64,000 bases of DNA from Eledone cirrhosa. Taxonomy: Eukaryota. The translations under genes were made by a program, and so were the position numbers. The notes under the pieces were generated by a model, which was not told the origin of the DNA, did no database searches, and saw only the letters and a list, made by a program, of their open reading frames with translations. Where the stretch lies: contig OZ024748.1 in NCBI GenBank assembly GCA_964016885.1, forward strand, positions 2,852,001 through 2,916,000, in the 5' to 3' direction. This document shows, piece after piece, positions 1-14,835 of the stretch (position 1 is the stretch's first letter; every line of letters starts with the position of its first letter).

Positions 1-24
1 ATATATATATATATAATATATATG

Positions 25-55
<31 letters not shown>

Positions 56-95
56 TGTATGTATATATATATATATTGTGTACATATATATTATA

Positions 96-134
<39 letters not shown>

Positions 135-244
135 TGTATGTATATATATATATATATATATTGTGTACATATTTATATATATATATATATATATTGTGTA
201 CATATATATTATATATATATATAATATATATATATATTGTATAC

Positions 245-276
<32 letters not shown>

Positions 277-295
277 AATATATATATATATTGTG

Positions 296-333
<38 letters not shown>

Positions 334-335
334 CA

Positions 336-417
<82 letters not shown>

Positions 418-581
418 GTACATATATATATATATACATACATGCTTATATATACTTTTATTTTCCCGTTTTCCGATGTATTATTTATAACAACCATATG
501 TGCTTACTGTTTCATTATATTTTCCACCCTCACACACACATGCATATATATATATATATATATAATGCAGACACACACACA

Positions 582-634
<53 letters not shown>

Positions 635-743
635 GCAGACATATATATATATATATATATACATACATGCAGACATATATATATATATATATATACATAC
701 ATGCAGACATATATATATATATAATGCAGACACACACACACTC

Positions 744-774
<31 letters not shown>

Positions 775-858
775 CATGCAGACATATATATATATGTACA
801 TGCAAACATATATATATGACATATATATATATAAATATATAATGCAGACACACACACA

Positions 859-922
<64 letters not shown>

Positions 923-1316
923 CATGCAGACATATATATATATGTACATGCAGACATATATATATGACATATATATATAAATATATATATATAAATATAT
1001 ATAATTATATACCCCTCTACACACATATTACCGTCTTGTAACGGTCTAGTTGACATTGTGTTGTTATATTAAGCAGCTACGATATATCATGTCACACTAT
1101 TCATATCATATATATGTATTTATAAACATGCATGATGGCTGAGTATTTGGTACGGCAACTACTTCTCTACGCCTATATGTTGATATGTGTATATATATGT
1201 GTATATATAGATATATATTCAGCTTTATAATTATTTATATTTACGTTTATATATATATGTATATATATATATATTCATGGTTGTATGGTTATGTATATAT
1301 ATATATATATATATAT

Positions 1317-1347
1317 AACTTTGATCGGTTTCGGCCAGTATTGGCCT
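1317..1347 (-). ncRNA. Truncated hammerhead-like 3' half inserted in (TA)n
   Basis: Minus strand GGCCA-ATAC-TGGCC-GAAA-CCGA-TC: a stem II hairpin, GAAA and a near-palindromic stem III; no CUGANGA. Confidence 0.35.
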
Positions 1348-1571
1348 ATATATATATATATATATATATACATATATATATGAAATCTTTACTTGTATTA
1401 TTCCATTGAAAGTTATAAAGATGTAAGAACAGAAGTATGTCTGCACAGGTGAATATAACTGGTACAACAGTAAATAGAAATAGAAATGAGACACCAATAT
1501 AGACATATATATACATATATACATATATATTCATATATATTCATATATATATGTATATATATATATATGTG

Positions 1572-1615
<44 letters not shown>

Positions 1616-1997
1616 CATATATACTTACATATATACATGTATATATATATATATTTGTATATATATTTATATAGGTATGTATGTGTATATATATATGTAC
1701 ATATATATACACATATATATGTGTATGTGTATATACATATTTATATATGTGTATGTGTATATATATATATATATATTTATATATGTCTACATATATATAT
1801 GTCTACATATATATGTATATGTGTATATATATTCATATATACATATATATGTATATGTGTATATATATTCATATATATATATATGTATATATACATATAT
1901 ATATATGTACATAAATGTATATTTTTGATGTATATATGTTTGTATGTATGTATATTACACAGTATAACAAAATACGTAATAATTTTTGTAAACTTAC

Positions 1998-2532
1998 CTC
2001 TTTGACAGAATGATTGGTAAGAGGACATTGCTCCGTTTTTGGCCCCGGGCAAATCGACCCCAGTTGACACATCTGTCCCTCGCCATGGTGTGTCGTAGTT
2101 ATTAATTCTTTGTTGGTTATTACAAGAGCAAGAAAGAACACAACAGCTTCGTTGGCTATCATCTTTCGAAGAATTTTCCATGTCAGCTTTGGTCCCCGTG
2201 TGGGTAGTTCCCGAACTGCCTTTATACATAACACTGTCGTAGGAAGATTTCATGTGTGAAACCGGTACGCCGGGCGCGGTTCCACTCACCACCGTTGTTC
2301 CTGTAACGTCCTTGGTCACCGCTGGATGTTCCATCGTGTGCGGATAGATAGACTGTAGTTTCCAATCGGGCCCATTCGCGTGTTGTTTTGGTGTGTCCGC
2401 TGGTAGCGAATATACGGACGATGGTGCGAAATATCCCGATGACCATGATCCGTATACGGGAAAGTTCCGATCACAGCTAGCAGTCTCGGCGTATGCATTT
2501 GGTAGCCAGCCGCGAAATGCATAGGGGTTCAT
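1998..2532 (-). CDS. First coding exon (178 codons + 1 nt, phase-1 intron) of a host gene continuing leftwards beyond the window; Ser/Tyr/Pro/Gly-rich N-terminus without a recognisable domain, possibly a developmental transcription factor
   Basis: The only long, high-complexity, GC-richer ORF ([14 protein letters not shown]...SSYQSFCQR). It ends at a canonical donor AG|GTAAGT (plus-strand acttac 1992-1997). An acceptor TTTACAG| lies 15 nt upstream of the ATG (exon starts at 2547), followed by an in-frame TAA, so this ATG is the likely start. The ORF-track extension to 1777 runs into intronic microsatellite. Confidence 0.85.
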
Positions 2533-2958
2533 TTGGACAAACGGTTACTGTAAACCTCACACGAACCAAAATTTAAAAGATTAAATTTTTTGTGTTAATA
2601 TTTAAAAAGATAAAAGGAAAATATATTATATGATGCGAAAATTTTGAATAAATACCTTGAATAAATAAATATTTAAATGTATGTATAAATGGTATATATT
2701 GATATGTTTGATTATTATTTACATGGGAAAATATCGTTTACAGTTATGTGTGTATATTTAGACATATATTTGTATATGCATGTGTAGGTTTTGTGTATGT
2801 ATGTATGTGTATATGTGAGTGTTTCAATTGAAATGTATTTAAATATGTATACATAAATATATACACACGTGAATATATATATATATATATATAGATGTAT
2901 TTAGATATATGTATGTACGTGATTGTGTGTATGCCTGTTTGTATCTGTGTTTTTATGC

Positions 2959-3039
<81 letters not shown>

Positions 3040-3215
3040 TATCTATATATAAATATAATATAATAGCTTTATAAATATGTGTTATTTCTTTGGAATTATT
3101 ATATGTTTATGATCCAAGAACGTCTGGCGTACTTGTCTGGCTTTCATACAAACAGTTAATAATCGTGGAAAGATCCAAGGGAAATCCGAAATTCCAAGAG
3201 GGGTGTCTGTTATCG

Positions 3216-3301
<86 letters not shown>

Positions 3302-3737
3302 TTCCTTCTCTCTCTCGCTCTCCCTCTCCCTCTATAAATATATATATGTATATATATATTTATATATACGATTCGTTTTCGCTGCAATTTCAGTCAAGTT
3401 TTCTTTTTCCTATATTTTCCTGTAAAGTCAGACAAATATTTTCCTATTTGTATTTGTTATTCCAATTTTATGTTGTAATAATAGCTTACTTGTTATTAAT
3501 TATATTTATTCTTCGTGTTGTTATGGTTGTTATTATAACCATGTTCCCTCGTATGAAGACCTCACTTCAGTGTGTCATTGTTCGTCAGAAATTTCGTTGT
3601 CGTCTGCTTCTTTGAAAAAAAGATTTTTATTTTTTTATTATTTCTCCTTTCACTAATATAAACAGCAAGAAGTTATATGGTCGGTCGTTCATTCGCAATT
3701 CTCCGTAGCTTTTCTCATAGAAAAAGCAGGCTGTTGG

Positions 3738-4010
3738 ACTCACACTTACTTTTGTTTGTTATTTAGCTTCTTTTTCTCTTTCACTCTCTCTTTCTCTCTC
3801 TGGGCGAGAGCGGTTTCTTGAGTAACAAATAATTTTCATTCGATTTTCTTTCTTACTCTCTCTTTCTCTCTCTCTCTCACGCTCTCTCTCTCTCACCCTC
3901 TCCCTCTCTCACCCTCTCCCTCTCCTTTCCTTTCTTCCGTGGGTAAAAAGTGAGGCAATGTTTTCGCCCACTTGCTTATTTTTAACACCCACTCTTAGGC
4001 TTCATTCCTC
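3738..4010 (-). promoter_or_regulatory. Candidate non-coding 5' UTR exon/promoter region of the 1998-2532 gene
   Basis: Non-repetitive island upstream of the acceptor at 2547, with two back-to-back donor consensus sites on the minus strand (GTAAGT 3749-3744, GTGAGT 3743-3738). Confidence 0.35.
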
Positions 4011-4029
4011 CCCTTCTTCAACACTTCTC

Positions 4030-4049
4030 CCTACCTTCTCCTGTTTCAC

Positions 4050-4094
<45 letters not shown>

Positions 4095-4213
4095 CACATT
4101 TACACCCCTTCCTTGACTTTCTCTCTCCCTCTCTCTCTGTCACTCTCTCACTGTCACACTCTCACTCTCCCTCTCTTTCTTTGCTTCACGTACACACCCG
4201 TTCCTTGACTCTG

Positions 4214-4251
<38 letters not shown>

Positions 4252-5275
4252 ACCCCTTCTCTCCCTCTCCCTCTTCTTCTTTTCTTCACGTACACACCCG
4301 TTCCTTGACTCTGCCCCTCTCTCTCTCTGTGTCACCTTCTCTCTCACCCTCTCTCTCTCTCTGTCACCCCTTCACTCACTCTCCCTCTCCTTCTTTGCCT
4401 TATGTATACACTCCTTCATTGACTTTGTCTCTATCCCTCTCTCTCACTCTTTCTCTCTCTCTGTCACTCCCTCTCTCACTCTCTCACGCCCTTTGTTACC
4501 TTTTTTCTCTCTCTCCCTCTCTTTCTCCCTCTCTCATATACACTCCTACCTTGGCTCTATCTCTCTCCCTTTCTTCTATCGTTGTTCCCCCCTCTCTCCC
4601 TCTCAATATGTTTCTCTTTCTCTCCCGCCCACCCTGTCTTTCTCTCTCTCTTTCTATCTTGTTTATCCTTCCCTCTGTTTATGTCCTTCTCTCTATCCCC
4701 CTCACTCTCTATCCTTCTTCATCTCCCCCTCCCTCTCTATCCTTCTCTCTATCCTCTCCCTCTCTATCCTTCTCTCTATCCCCTCCCTCCCTCTATCCTT
4801 CTCTCTCTCTATCTCTCTATCCCCCTCCATCTCTCTATCTCCTATCTCTCTATCCCCCTCTCTCTCCTCTCTCCTCTCGTCTCTCGTCTCTCTCGTCTCC
4901 TCTCTCTCCTCTCGTCTCTCACCTCTCGTCTCTCCTCTCTCGTCTCTCCTCTCTCGTCTCTCCTCTCTCGTCTCTCCTCTCTCGTCTCTCCTCTCTCGTC
5001 TCTCCTCTCTCGTCTCTCCTCTCTCCTCTCGTCTCCTCTCTCTCCTCTCGTCTCTCCCCTCTCGTCTCCTCTCTCTCCTCTCGTCTCTCTCCTCTCCTCT
5101 CTCCCCTCTCGTCTCCTCTCTCTCCTCTCGTCTCTCCTCTCTCCCCTCTCGTCTCTCCTCTCCTCTCTCCACTCTCGTCTCCTCTCTCCCCTCTCATCTC
5201 CTCTCTCTCCTCTCGTCTCTCCCCTCTCGTCTCTCCTTTCTCCTCTCCTCTCTCCTCTCTCCTCTCTCTTCCTAT
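4030..5275. repeat. Polypyrimidine (CT)n-derived tract with a CTCCTCTCTCGTCT-type minisatellite (about 4860-5270)
   Basis: Direct inspection; explains the Leu/Ser and Glu/Arg ORFs. Confidence 0.95.
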
Positions 5276-5332
5276 CAACTGCCGCCTCCCGACACTAGAT
5301 CTAGACGCCTGTATGTAATTATGTATGTATGT

Positions 5333-5812
5333 AATAATTGTTTCTACTTTTGACAGAAAGGCCAGCAATTACCCAGTGTATTACTGGTACTTTATTTTAT
5401 CGACCCCGTAATAATTGTTTCTACTTTAGGCACAAGGCCAGTAAATACCCCAGTACATTACTGGTACTTTATTTTATCAACCCCGTAAGGATGAAAGGCA
5501 AAGTTAACCTCGACGGGATTTGAATTTGGGGGTAGGGGGATGTAGATTAAATCGATCCAGTGTATTACTGGTACTTTACTTTGTCAACCCTGGAAGGATG
5601 AACATTAAAGTTAACCTCGGCTGGATTTGAACTCAGAACGTAAAGGGCTATAACTCTATGCTGCAAAGCATGGTTTATGACGCTCCACCGATTACTGCCG
5701 AGTCTCTGATTTGGGCACAAGGCCAGCAATTTTGGGGGAGGGGTCTGAAAAGCAAAGCTATCCTCAGCGGGATTTGAACTCAGAACGTAAAGGGCTGTAA
5801 CTCTATGCTGCA
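5333..5812 (-). mobile_element. Cluster of about 4 partial OK-type tRNA-derived SINE copies
   Basis: Repeated reverse complement of GTTCAAATCCCGCCGAGGTTAACTTTGCCTTTCATCCTTACGGGGTCGATAAAATAAAGTACCAG (B box plus Nin-like core) and of the tail GGCCTTGTGCC..AAGTAGAAACAATTA. Confidence 0.85.
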
Positions 5813-5907
5813 AAAGTAGTTTCTTATTTAATTATATATGTCAACCCCTTGTAGTTAATAAATGAACTGGTTGTTGTCAAGATTGTTTTATTAATATTAG
5901 TATTGAA

Positions 5908-6195
5908 AGGTGGTGAATTGGCAGGTAGAGCGCCGGACAACATGACACAGCATTACACTCCTTTATAATCTGAGTTCAAATCTTGTCGAGGTTAGCTTTG
6001 CTTTTCATTTTTTACGGGGGTCGATAAAATAAAGTACCAGTAATGTACTAGGGTCGATTTAATCGACTTTCCCCACCCTTTAAATTGTTGGCGTTCTGCC
6101 TAAATCAGAATCGAATGTATTAAACAATGTTGATCCCTTTTCTGAAAATACACTGAGATAATTGCTGGCCTTGTGCTAAAAGTAGAAACAATTAT
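5908..6195 (+). mobile_element. Diverged OK-type SINE plus a tail fragment
   Basis: GGTGGTGAATTGGCAG head, GAGTTCAAAT B box, core and tail. Confidence 0.75.
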
Positions 6196-6222
6196 ATGTA
6201 CCGCGTGCTTAGGGGTATCGCG

Positions 6223-6341
6223 AAAGGGTAGAGCTGTTACCTTTACAAGGGAGGTAGGGCTGTGAAAGGGTAGAGCTGTTACCTTTACAAGGGAGGTAGG
6301 GCTGTGAAAGGGTAGAGCTGATACCTTTACAAGGGAGGTAG
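6223..6341. repeat. 36-bp tandem repeat x3
   Basis: GAAAGGGTAGAGCTGTTACCTTTACAAGGGAGGTAGGGCTGT-like unit repeated three times (unit length may be up to ~42 bp). Confidence 0.75.
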
Positions 6342-6489
6342 GACCACTACAATAAGTGTGTGAATCTGAGAGGGGAATATGTTGAATAAAATCATAATTA
6401 ACTGATCCTTCTGTATTTTCTTTTACCCGAAACCAGGAACTTTTCAGCACCCTGGTATAACGTTGAAATATATTATATTATATATATAT

Positions 6490-6625
6490 ATAATTGTTTC
6501 TACTTTTGGCACAAGGCCTGCAATTTTTTCCAGTGTATTACTGGTACTTTATTTTATCGACCCCGTAAGGATGAAAGGCAAAGTTAACCTCGGTGGGATT
6601 TGAACTCAGACGATAAAAGAGCGTA
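6490..6625 (-). mobile_element. OK-type SINE, 5'-truncated
   Basis: Same core and tail, reverse strand. Confidence 0.85.
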
Positions 6626-6733
6626 ATATATATATAATATGATAGTAAATTATATTATGAGTATAATATTGTAATATATTACATATGTATAATATTGTAG
6701 TATATAAATTTATATGTATAACGTTGTATATTT

Positions 6734-6764
<31 letters not shown>

Positions 6765-6948
6765 ATATTGTAGTAAATATATTTTATATATATATATATA
6801 TAATATTGTAGTAAATATATTTTATATGTATGTCATAGTAAAGTACATATGTATAATATTGTGTAACGTTGTATATATTACATATATATATAATATTGTA
6901 GCATGTTACATTATATGTATAATATTATAGTATATTACATGTTATATA

Positions 6949-7137
6949 TGGTGGATTGGCAGTATCGGTAGAGGGTCGGACGCCATGCTTTGACGCATAG
7001 AGTTACGGCCCTTGCCATTCTGAGTTCAAACCCCGCCGAGGTTAACTTTGCCTTTCATCCTTACGGGGTCGATATAATAAAGTACCAGTAATACACTGGG
7101 ATAATTGCTGGCCTTGTGCCAAAAGTAGAAACAATTA
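6949..7137 (+). mobile_element. OK-type tRNA-derived SINE, near full length
   Basis: A-box-like TGGCAGTATCGG, B box GAGTTCAAACC, core GCCTTTCATCCTTACGGGGTCGAT, tail AAGTAGAAACAATTA running into (TA)n. Confidence 0.9.
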
Positions 7138-8377
7138 TATATATATATATAATGTGGTAATCATTGAATATAAATGTTATGTAAAAATAGAGAGGATCCC
7201 GTGGTTTTTTAGATCTCGTATTCTCATTATTATTATTGTTTTGTTTACTATCATAGACTCTCTCTCTCTCTCTTTCTATCTCTCTCGCCCCCCACTTTCA
7301 CTCGTTCTCTCTCTCTCTCTCTCTCTTTCTATCTCTCTCGCCCCCCGCTTTCACTCGTTCTCTCTCTCTCTGTATATATATATATGTCTCTCTCACTGGA
7401 TGATGTATTCATACGCAGTAACTAGACGTATCACCACCACCACTACCTTACACCACCACCACCACCACCACTACCTTACACCACCACCACCACCACCTTA
7501 CACCACCACCACCATTACTTTACACCTCCACCACCACTACCTTACACCACCACCACCACCACCTTACATTAACACCCTCCTCCCCCTCTATTTCCAAATA
7601 ACAAATACCACTATTCTGTATTCCTTCATTCTTTTATAACCGAATTACTAACTTGTTACCTCTGTCTCTCATTTATTTTCTCTTTCACTCCCTCCCTCTC
7701 TCTCTCTCACTCTCCCCTCTCTTTCACTCCCTCCCTCTCACTCCCTCCCCCTCTCTCTCTCTCGAATCTGTTTCTCACACACACGCTCTCTCTCTCTCTC
7801 TCCAATATCTCTCGCTATTTATCTTTCCTTCAATGAATCCTTCTTTCTATCTCTCACTTACAAGCGCGCGCACACACACACTCTCTCTCACTCTCTCTCA
7901 CTCTCTCTTACTCTCTCTCACTCTCTCACTCTCTCACTCTCTCACACTCTCATTCTCTCTCACTCTCTCTCACTCTCTCTCTCCCTGTCTCTCTCTCTCT
8001 CTCTCGCCTTCTCTCTCTCTCTCTCACTCTCTCTCTCTCCTTCTCTCTCTCTCATTCTCGCGCCTTCTCTCTCTCTCGCCTTCTCTCTCTCTCTCCTTCT
8101 CTCTCTCTCTCTCTCCCGCCTCTCTCTCTCTCTCTCTCTCTCGCCTTCTCTCTCTCTCATTCTCTCTCCTTCTCTCTCTCTCCTTCTCTCTTTCCTGCTC
8201 TCTCTCTCTCAATGCACCCTTCTTTCTATCTCTCCCCCCCCCATCTCACCGGTGGTTCTACCTTAATCAGATATATTATTCCTATTTGGTGTAAAATATT
8301 CCCCTATTCTATCTGACATGGAATATTATTCCTCTATTCTGCACCTTTTTTTCATAAAAATAGTAATAACAATAATT

Positions 8378-8550
8378 TGTAGAGCGCCGGACCAATATTT
8401 AGCGCTGTTTGGGTTACTCCGACTTTTTACGGTCTGAGTTCGAATCCTGCCGAGGTTAACTTTGCCTGTCATCCTTACGGGGTCGATAAAATAAAGTACC
8501 AGTAATGTACTGGGTATTTGCTGGCCTTGTGCTAAAAGTCGAAACAATTA
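8378..8550 (+). mobile_element. OK-type SINE
   Basis: B box, core and tail as above. Confidence 0.85.
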
Positions 8551-8597
<47 letters not shown>

Positions 8598-8603
8598 ATA
8601 TAT

Positions 8604-8661
<58 letters not shown>

Positions 8662-8769
8662 ATTATATATAATTACAACAATGACATAAACAGGCAACTC
8701 AAGTTTCGTTAGGTTCTGTGCCCATTCAGTCTGTCATGAGGAAAATAAAAAAACCAAGTACTGGTAATT

Positions 8770-9890
<1,121 letters not shown>

Positions 9891-9894
9891 AACA

Positions 9895-10055
9895 TCTCTG
9901 TCCGTGTTTATGCTCCGTAACTTAGCGGTTCGACAAAAAAGAGTTTGATGAAATAAGTACCAGACTTTAAACATAAAGATTATACTGGGTTGACCAAGGT
10001 GGTGCCTTAGCATGGCCGCAGTCTAGTGACTGAACCAAGTAAAAGAATCAAAGAA
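9895..10055 (+). mobile_element. 3' half of an octopus OR-type SINE
   Basis: CCGTAACTTAGCGGTTCG...GCATGGCCGCAGTCTAGTGACTGAACCAAGTAAAAGA resembles the remembered octopus SINE 3' region; it follows a (TG)n tract. Confidence 0.6.
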
Positions 10056-10194
10056 TATAGTGTGTGGGTATATATATGTACACGCTTCTTTTTCATAAGA
10101 CCCCCACCTCTCATTGTCTCGCCTAACCCTTCATAAACATAACCCCAAACACAGCTCTGTGGACCCTCACTCTAACCCCTATGTGTTTATAACG

Positions 10195-10540
10195 TCTGAG
10201 GATGAAAAGCTAAGCGGACCTCGGCGGGATTTGAACTCAGAACGTAAAGAGCCGTAACTCTGTACTACCAAGCATGTTGCCCGACTCTCTACCTAGACTG
10301 CTAATCTACAATAATGATAATTGTTTCTACTTTGGGCACAAGGCCAGCAATTACCCAGTGTATTACTGGTACTTTATTTTATCGACCCCGTAAGGATGAA
10401 AGGCAAAGTTAACCTCGGCGGGATTTGAACTCAGAATATAAAGGGACGTTGTTTCTACTTTTGGCACAAGGCCAGCAATTACCAGTGTATTACTGGTACT
10501 TTATTTTATCGACCCCGTAAGGATGAAAGGCAAAGTTTAA
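10195..10540 (-). mobile_element. Three tandem partial OK-type SINEs
   Basis: Core and tail repeated at about 10195-10310, 10316-10448 and 10448-10540. Confidence 0.85.
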
Positions 10541-10830
10541 CAATATATTGAAGAAAGCAAATAAAAACGGTAATAATTTTAACTACCTGTGGTTACAAAA
10601 ATAAAAAAGTAGCTACGGAAACGACTTTTTATTTTTAAATAGATAAAAAATACATTAAATTCTCTACACTAAGAAGATTATTATATATATATTATATTAT
10701 ATTATATTATATTATATTATGATGTATAATATTATATTGTTAGTATATTATTTATATACGTAAAATCGAGCAGAAAAACTAACAATAATAAAAACACTTC
10801 GAAATAATACAATCCCTATATATATATGTA

Positions 10831-10923
<93 letters not shown>

Positions 10924-10927
10924 GTCC

Positions 10928-10959
<32 letters not shown>

Positions 10960-11046
10960 GTATATATATATATACATATATATACATATATATATTCATA
11001 TATATATATATACATACATATATATATATATATACACACACACACG

Positions 11047-11103
<57 letters not shown>

Positions 11104-11285
11104 TCAATATTAATATTACTTTTGTACTTAATTATTCATAAAGTTTTGTGTTGTTTGTACAAAGAGTTATAATAATAACGCCTTTAAAATTTTCATGTGA
11201 AAAATTGGATATTTTCCCATGGAAAATACAGAACGAAGGTTGTTTGAACAAAAAATTATTGAAAATGTTGAGAATATACACTTGC

Positions 11286-11400
<115 letters not shown>

Positions 11401-11494
11401 TATATATACACATACATGTGTGTGCATGCTTTCTTAACAGGTTTTCACAATGTTGGACAGCAAGAAATGTCCAACAGTCGACAAAATATGTGTA

Positions 11495-11529
<35 letters not shown>

Positions 11530-11564
11530 TCGTCAGCAGTAGTTGTAATAGTAATACCAGCAAC

Positions 11565-11640
<76 letters not shown>

Positions 11641-11729
11641 TAATTTCAATTTGTTGGATTATCTCCCTTCACTTTTTTTATTCTATATTTCTTATCCACA
11701 TTTCTGTCACCCTCTCTCTCTCTCTCTTC

Positions 11730-11875
11730 CACACACACACATACGAACGCTCACACACACACATACGAACGCTCACACACACACATACGAACGCTCACAC
11801 ACACACATACGAACGCTCACACACACACATACGAACGCTCACACACACACATACGAACGCTCACACACACACATA
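11730..11875. repeat. Minisatellite, ~22-bp unit (CACACACACACATACGAACGCT) x6
   Basis: Direct inspection. Confidence 0.85.
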
Positions 11876-12283
11876 CTAAAACTCACATACACTCAAACCT
11901 CTCTCTTTCGCTCAAATCTTACTTTGCCTGATTCTCTACCTATCTATCACGACTCTGTAAAATCCCCGGCATGTCTTTGTATTGTCCCCTTTTCTTGTGC
12001 GCCCTTGTGGCAAATAAAGAAATATATCTATCTATGTGTCTCTGCGTTAATCCCTCTTTCTCTCTCTCACATATTCTCTCTTTCCCTCTCTTACTCTCTC
12101 TCTCTCTCTCTCTCTCCCTCTCTAAATATATATATAATAGGGATTTGACTCAATAGGCCATGTAGGATACATTCCCAAGTACACACAGTTATTCACTTCA
12201 ATACAACACACGTAAACGGGTGCCTATAGTAGTTCCCGAACTCGAGTTTCAGTCACACTTAATATATATGTACACACCCCTCC

Positions 12284-12384
<101 letters not shown>

Positions 12385-12727
12385 TCTCTCTCTATCCCTC
12401 CTTCTCTCTGTGCAGCTACTTTTCTCTGTTTCTCCAATTTTGCCTCATTTTCTCCTTCCTTTCCACTAACACACTTCCAGCGAACCATGGAGCCTCTGCG
12501 TAGTCTTCTCTATACGCTAGAAATAGCAGCCAAATCTTTCTGCAACCACACCAATCGCACTGGAAAAGTGAAATTATCATGACATTCAGCTAAACTAGTC
12601 CTGGATATACAAAAAGGCGTAATGGTCAGTTAGGAGGAATGTTGTCATAGGTCTAACTTGATCAGAGCTGACATGCGGTCAAACGCAGCCAACAACAAAA
12701 CATTTATGAGTGTATATATATATATAA

Positions 12728-13024
<297 letters not shown>

Positions 13025-13143
13025 TTATCTAGGGTTCAATCAGGGGTAACCACAATAAGTTACTGCTATATAGCAGAGTATAAGTATTTAATATAGAAAT
13101 GGCTTCTACGGGACTAGAATTGTTTCATTCGGGAGAAATCATC

Positions 13144-13146
<3 letters not shown>
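13025..13146 (-). mobile_element. Family B element, truncated just 5' of the HHR core
   Basis: Minus strand CCTGATGA-TTTC-TCCC-GAAT-GAAAC...GTAGAAGCC; (TA)n on both sides. Confidence 0.75.
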
Positions 13147-13227
<81 letters not shown>

Positions 13228-13551
13228 AGAAGTTATATTTAATTTGTTGGGATACAACAAGCAAATATTTTTATAACTGATATAAAGGACTCAACAAATT
13301 TTTGGAGTAAAAATACAATATATTAACAAATGGAAACTATATTTATAAAACCATATTTATTTCATTATACATATTTCAAGGACACCAAAGCAAATTATGG
13401 TGCGCTTTCATCAGATAAAATATAATATAGATCAGTTTTATAAACAAATATTGACATACCCTTAAAGAATGCGACCATGTCGGTTGGAAATATGTATAAT
13501 GAAATAAATATGGTTTTATAAATATAGTTTTTATTTGTTAATATATTGTAT
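13228..13551. mobile_element. Fold-back element with arms 13313-13377 / 13487-13551, containing an HHR
   Basis: ~65-bp inverted arms with a longer left extension; microsatellite flanks. Confidence 0.75.
13360..13420 (-). ncRNA. Type I hammerhead ribozyme motif (AUA site)
   Basis: TTTTAT-CTGATGA-AAGCGCACCA[taatttgctt]TGGTGTCCTT-GAAA-TATGT-ATA-ATGAAA: 6-bp stem I, 9-bp stem II, minimal stem III, followed by AATAAA. Confidence 0.8.
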
Positions 13552-13603
13552 ATATATATATATGTAATAATAATAAATTTGAAGACTAAAATCCACTATA
13601 TAC

Positions 13604-13653
<50 letters not shown>

Positions 13654-13694
13654 CGAAACATAAGTCAATTACATGAACTCATAATCCTTTATTT

Positions 13695-13750
13695 ACTAGT
13701 ATCTATATTTCGATGATAGCCATTGAATGGCTATGACCTCATCAGGCAGT
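13695..13750 (-). ncRNA. Hammerhead-like motif in a short element (about 13650-13808) between (TA)n tracts
   Basis: CTGATGA-GGTCATAGCCA[ttcaa]TGGCTATCATC-GAAA-TATAG-ATA with AATAAA downstream; stem I pairing is poor. Confidence 0.55.
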
Positions 13751-13807
13751 TAGTCAGTTCTTAGATATGCCAGCTCTGTGTTTATAGTGTTGATGGTATC
13801 AGAGCCT

Positions 13808-13890
<83 letters not shown>

Positions 13891-13892
<2 letters not shown>

Positions 13893-14032
13893 CGAAGGAC
13901 GTTGGGTAAGGAACCAGGTGGACCATAACGCACCAGAGTACTCAATACTTAGGGCAATAGAGTGGGTAATAGGAAAAGATCTAGCTGTTGAAACGGCCGG
14001 AGCTCACCCGTCGGGGTTCTGACTCTTTTCCT

Positions 14033-14033
<1 letters not shown>
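13891..14033. mobile_element. Family A element, rearranged fold-back
   Basis: Antisense terminus joined to sense CTAGCTGTTGAAACGGCCGGAGCTC..GTCGGGG. Confidence 0.75.
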
Positions 14034-14067
<34 letters not shown>

Positions 14068-14308
14068 CACATGTGTGTGCGTGTGTGTGCGTGCGCACAA
14101 ACTAATATGATTGTTCAAACTTTTCTGAAGAATATATGATTTTACTATTGTCAGTAATATAGACTGGTGTCATGCTGGAGCACCATGTTGATTTCGTCAA
14201 CCATAACGATCCTACAACGTAATACGTCTCGTCTGCTACCCAACAGGTACACACCCATACACCTACACAAATATATAAGCCCACACAAAGGCCTACAGAG
14301 ATACTGAG

Positions 14309-14364
<56 letters not shown>

Positions 14365-14365
<1 letters not shown>

Positions 14366-14556
14366 ACAAAGGAATTGTGGTAAGGAACCAGATGGACCAT
14401 AACGCACCAAAGTACTCAATACTTAGGGTAGTAGAGTGGGAAATAAAAAAATGTATGACCCCGACGGCAGAGCTCAAGACGTTTCGACGGCTATCTCTGG
14501 ACTCCAAAAATAGCCGTCGAAACGGCTTGAACTCTGCCGTCGGGGTCATACTTTTT

Positions 14557-14560
<4 letters not shown>
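14365..14560. mobile_element. Family A fold-back element, centre about 14502
   Basis: Inverted arms; the short arm ends TTTTTCC-(TA)n. Confidence 0.8.
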
Positions 14561-14627
<67 letters not shown>

Positions 14628-14630
<3 letters not shown>

Positions 14631-14835
14631 TTTTAATATAGATGAGATTCTACAGGACTAGAACTGTTTCATTCATTAGAAATCATCAGGAATCCCGATT
14701 TCAGATTCCTGATGATTTCTAATGAATGAAACAGTTCTAGTCCTGTAGAATCTCATCTATATTAAAACTGTTATACTCTGCTATGTATTGAGTACCTTAC
14801 TTACTGTGGTTACCTCCGATTCAACCCGGAATAAC

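Noticed and set aside
1777-1997. C-terminal extension of the 251-aa ORF
   Set aside because: It lies beyond the GTAAGT donor and reads into intronic (TA)n.
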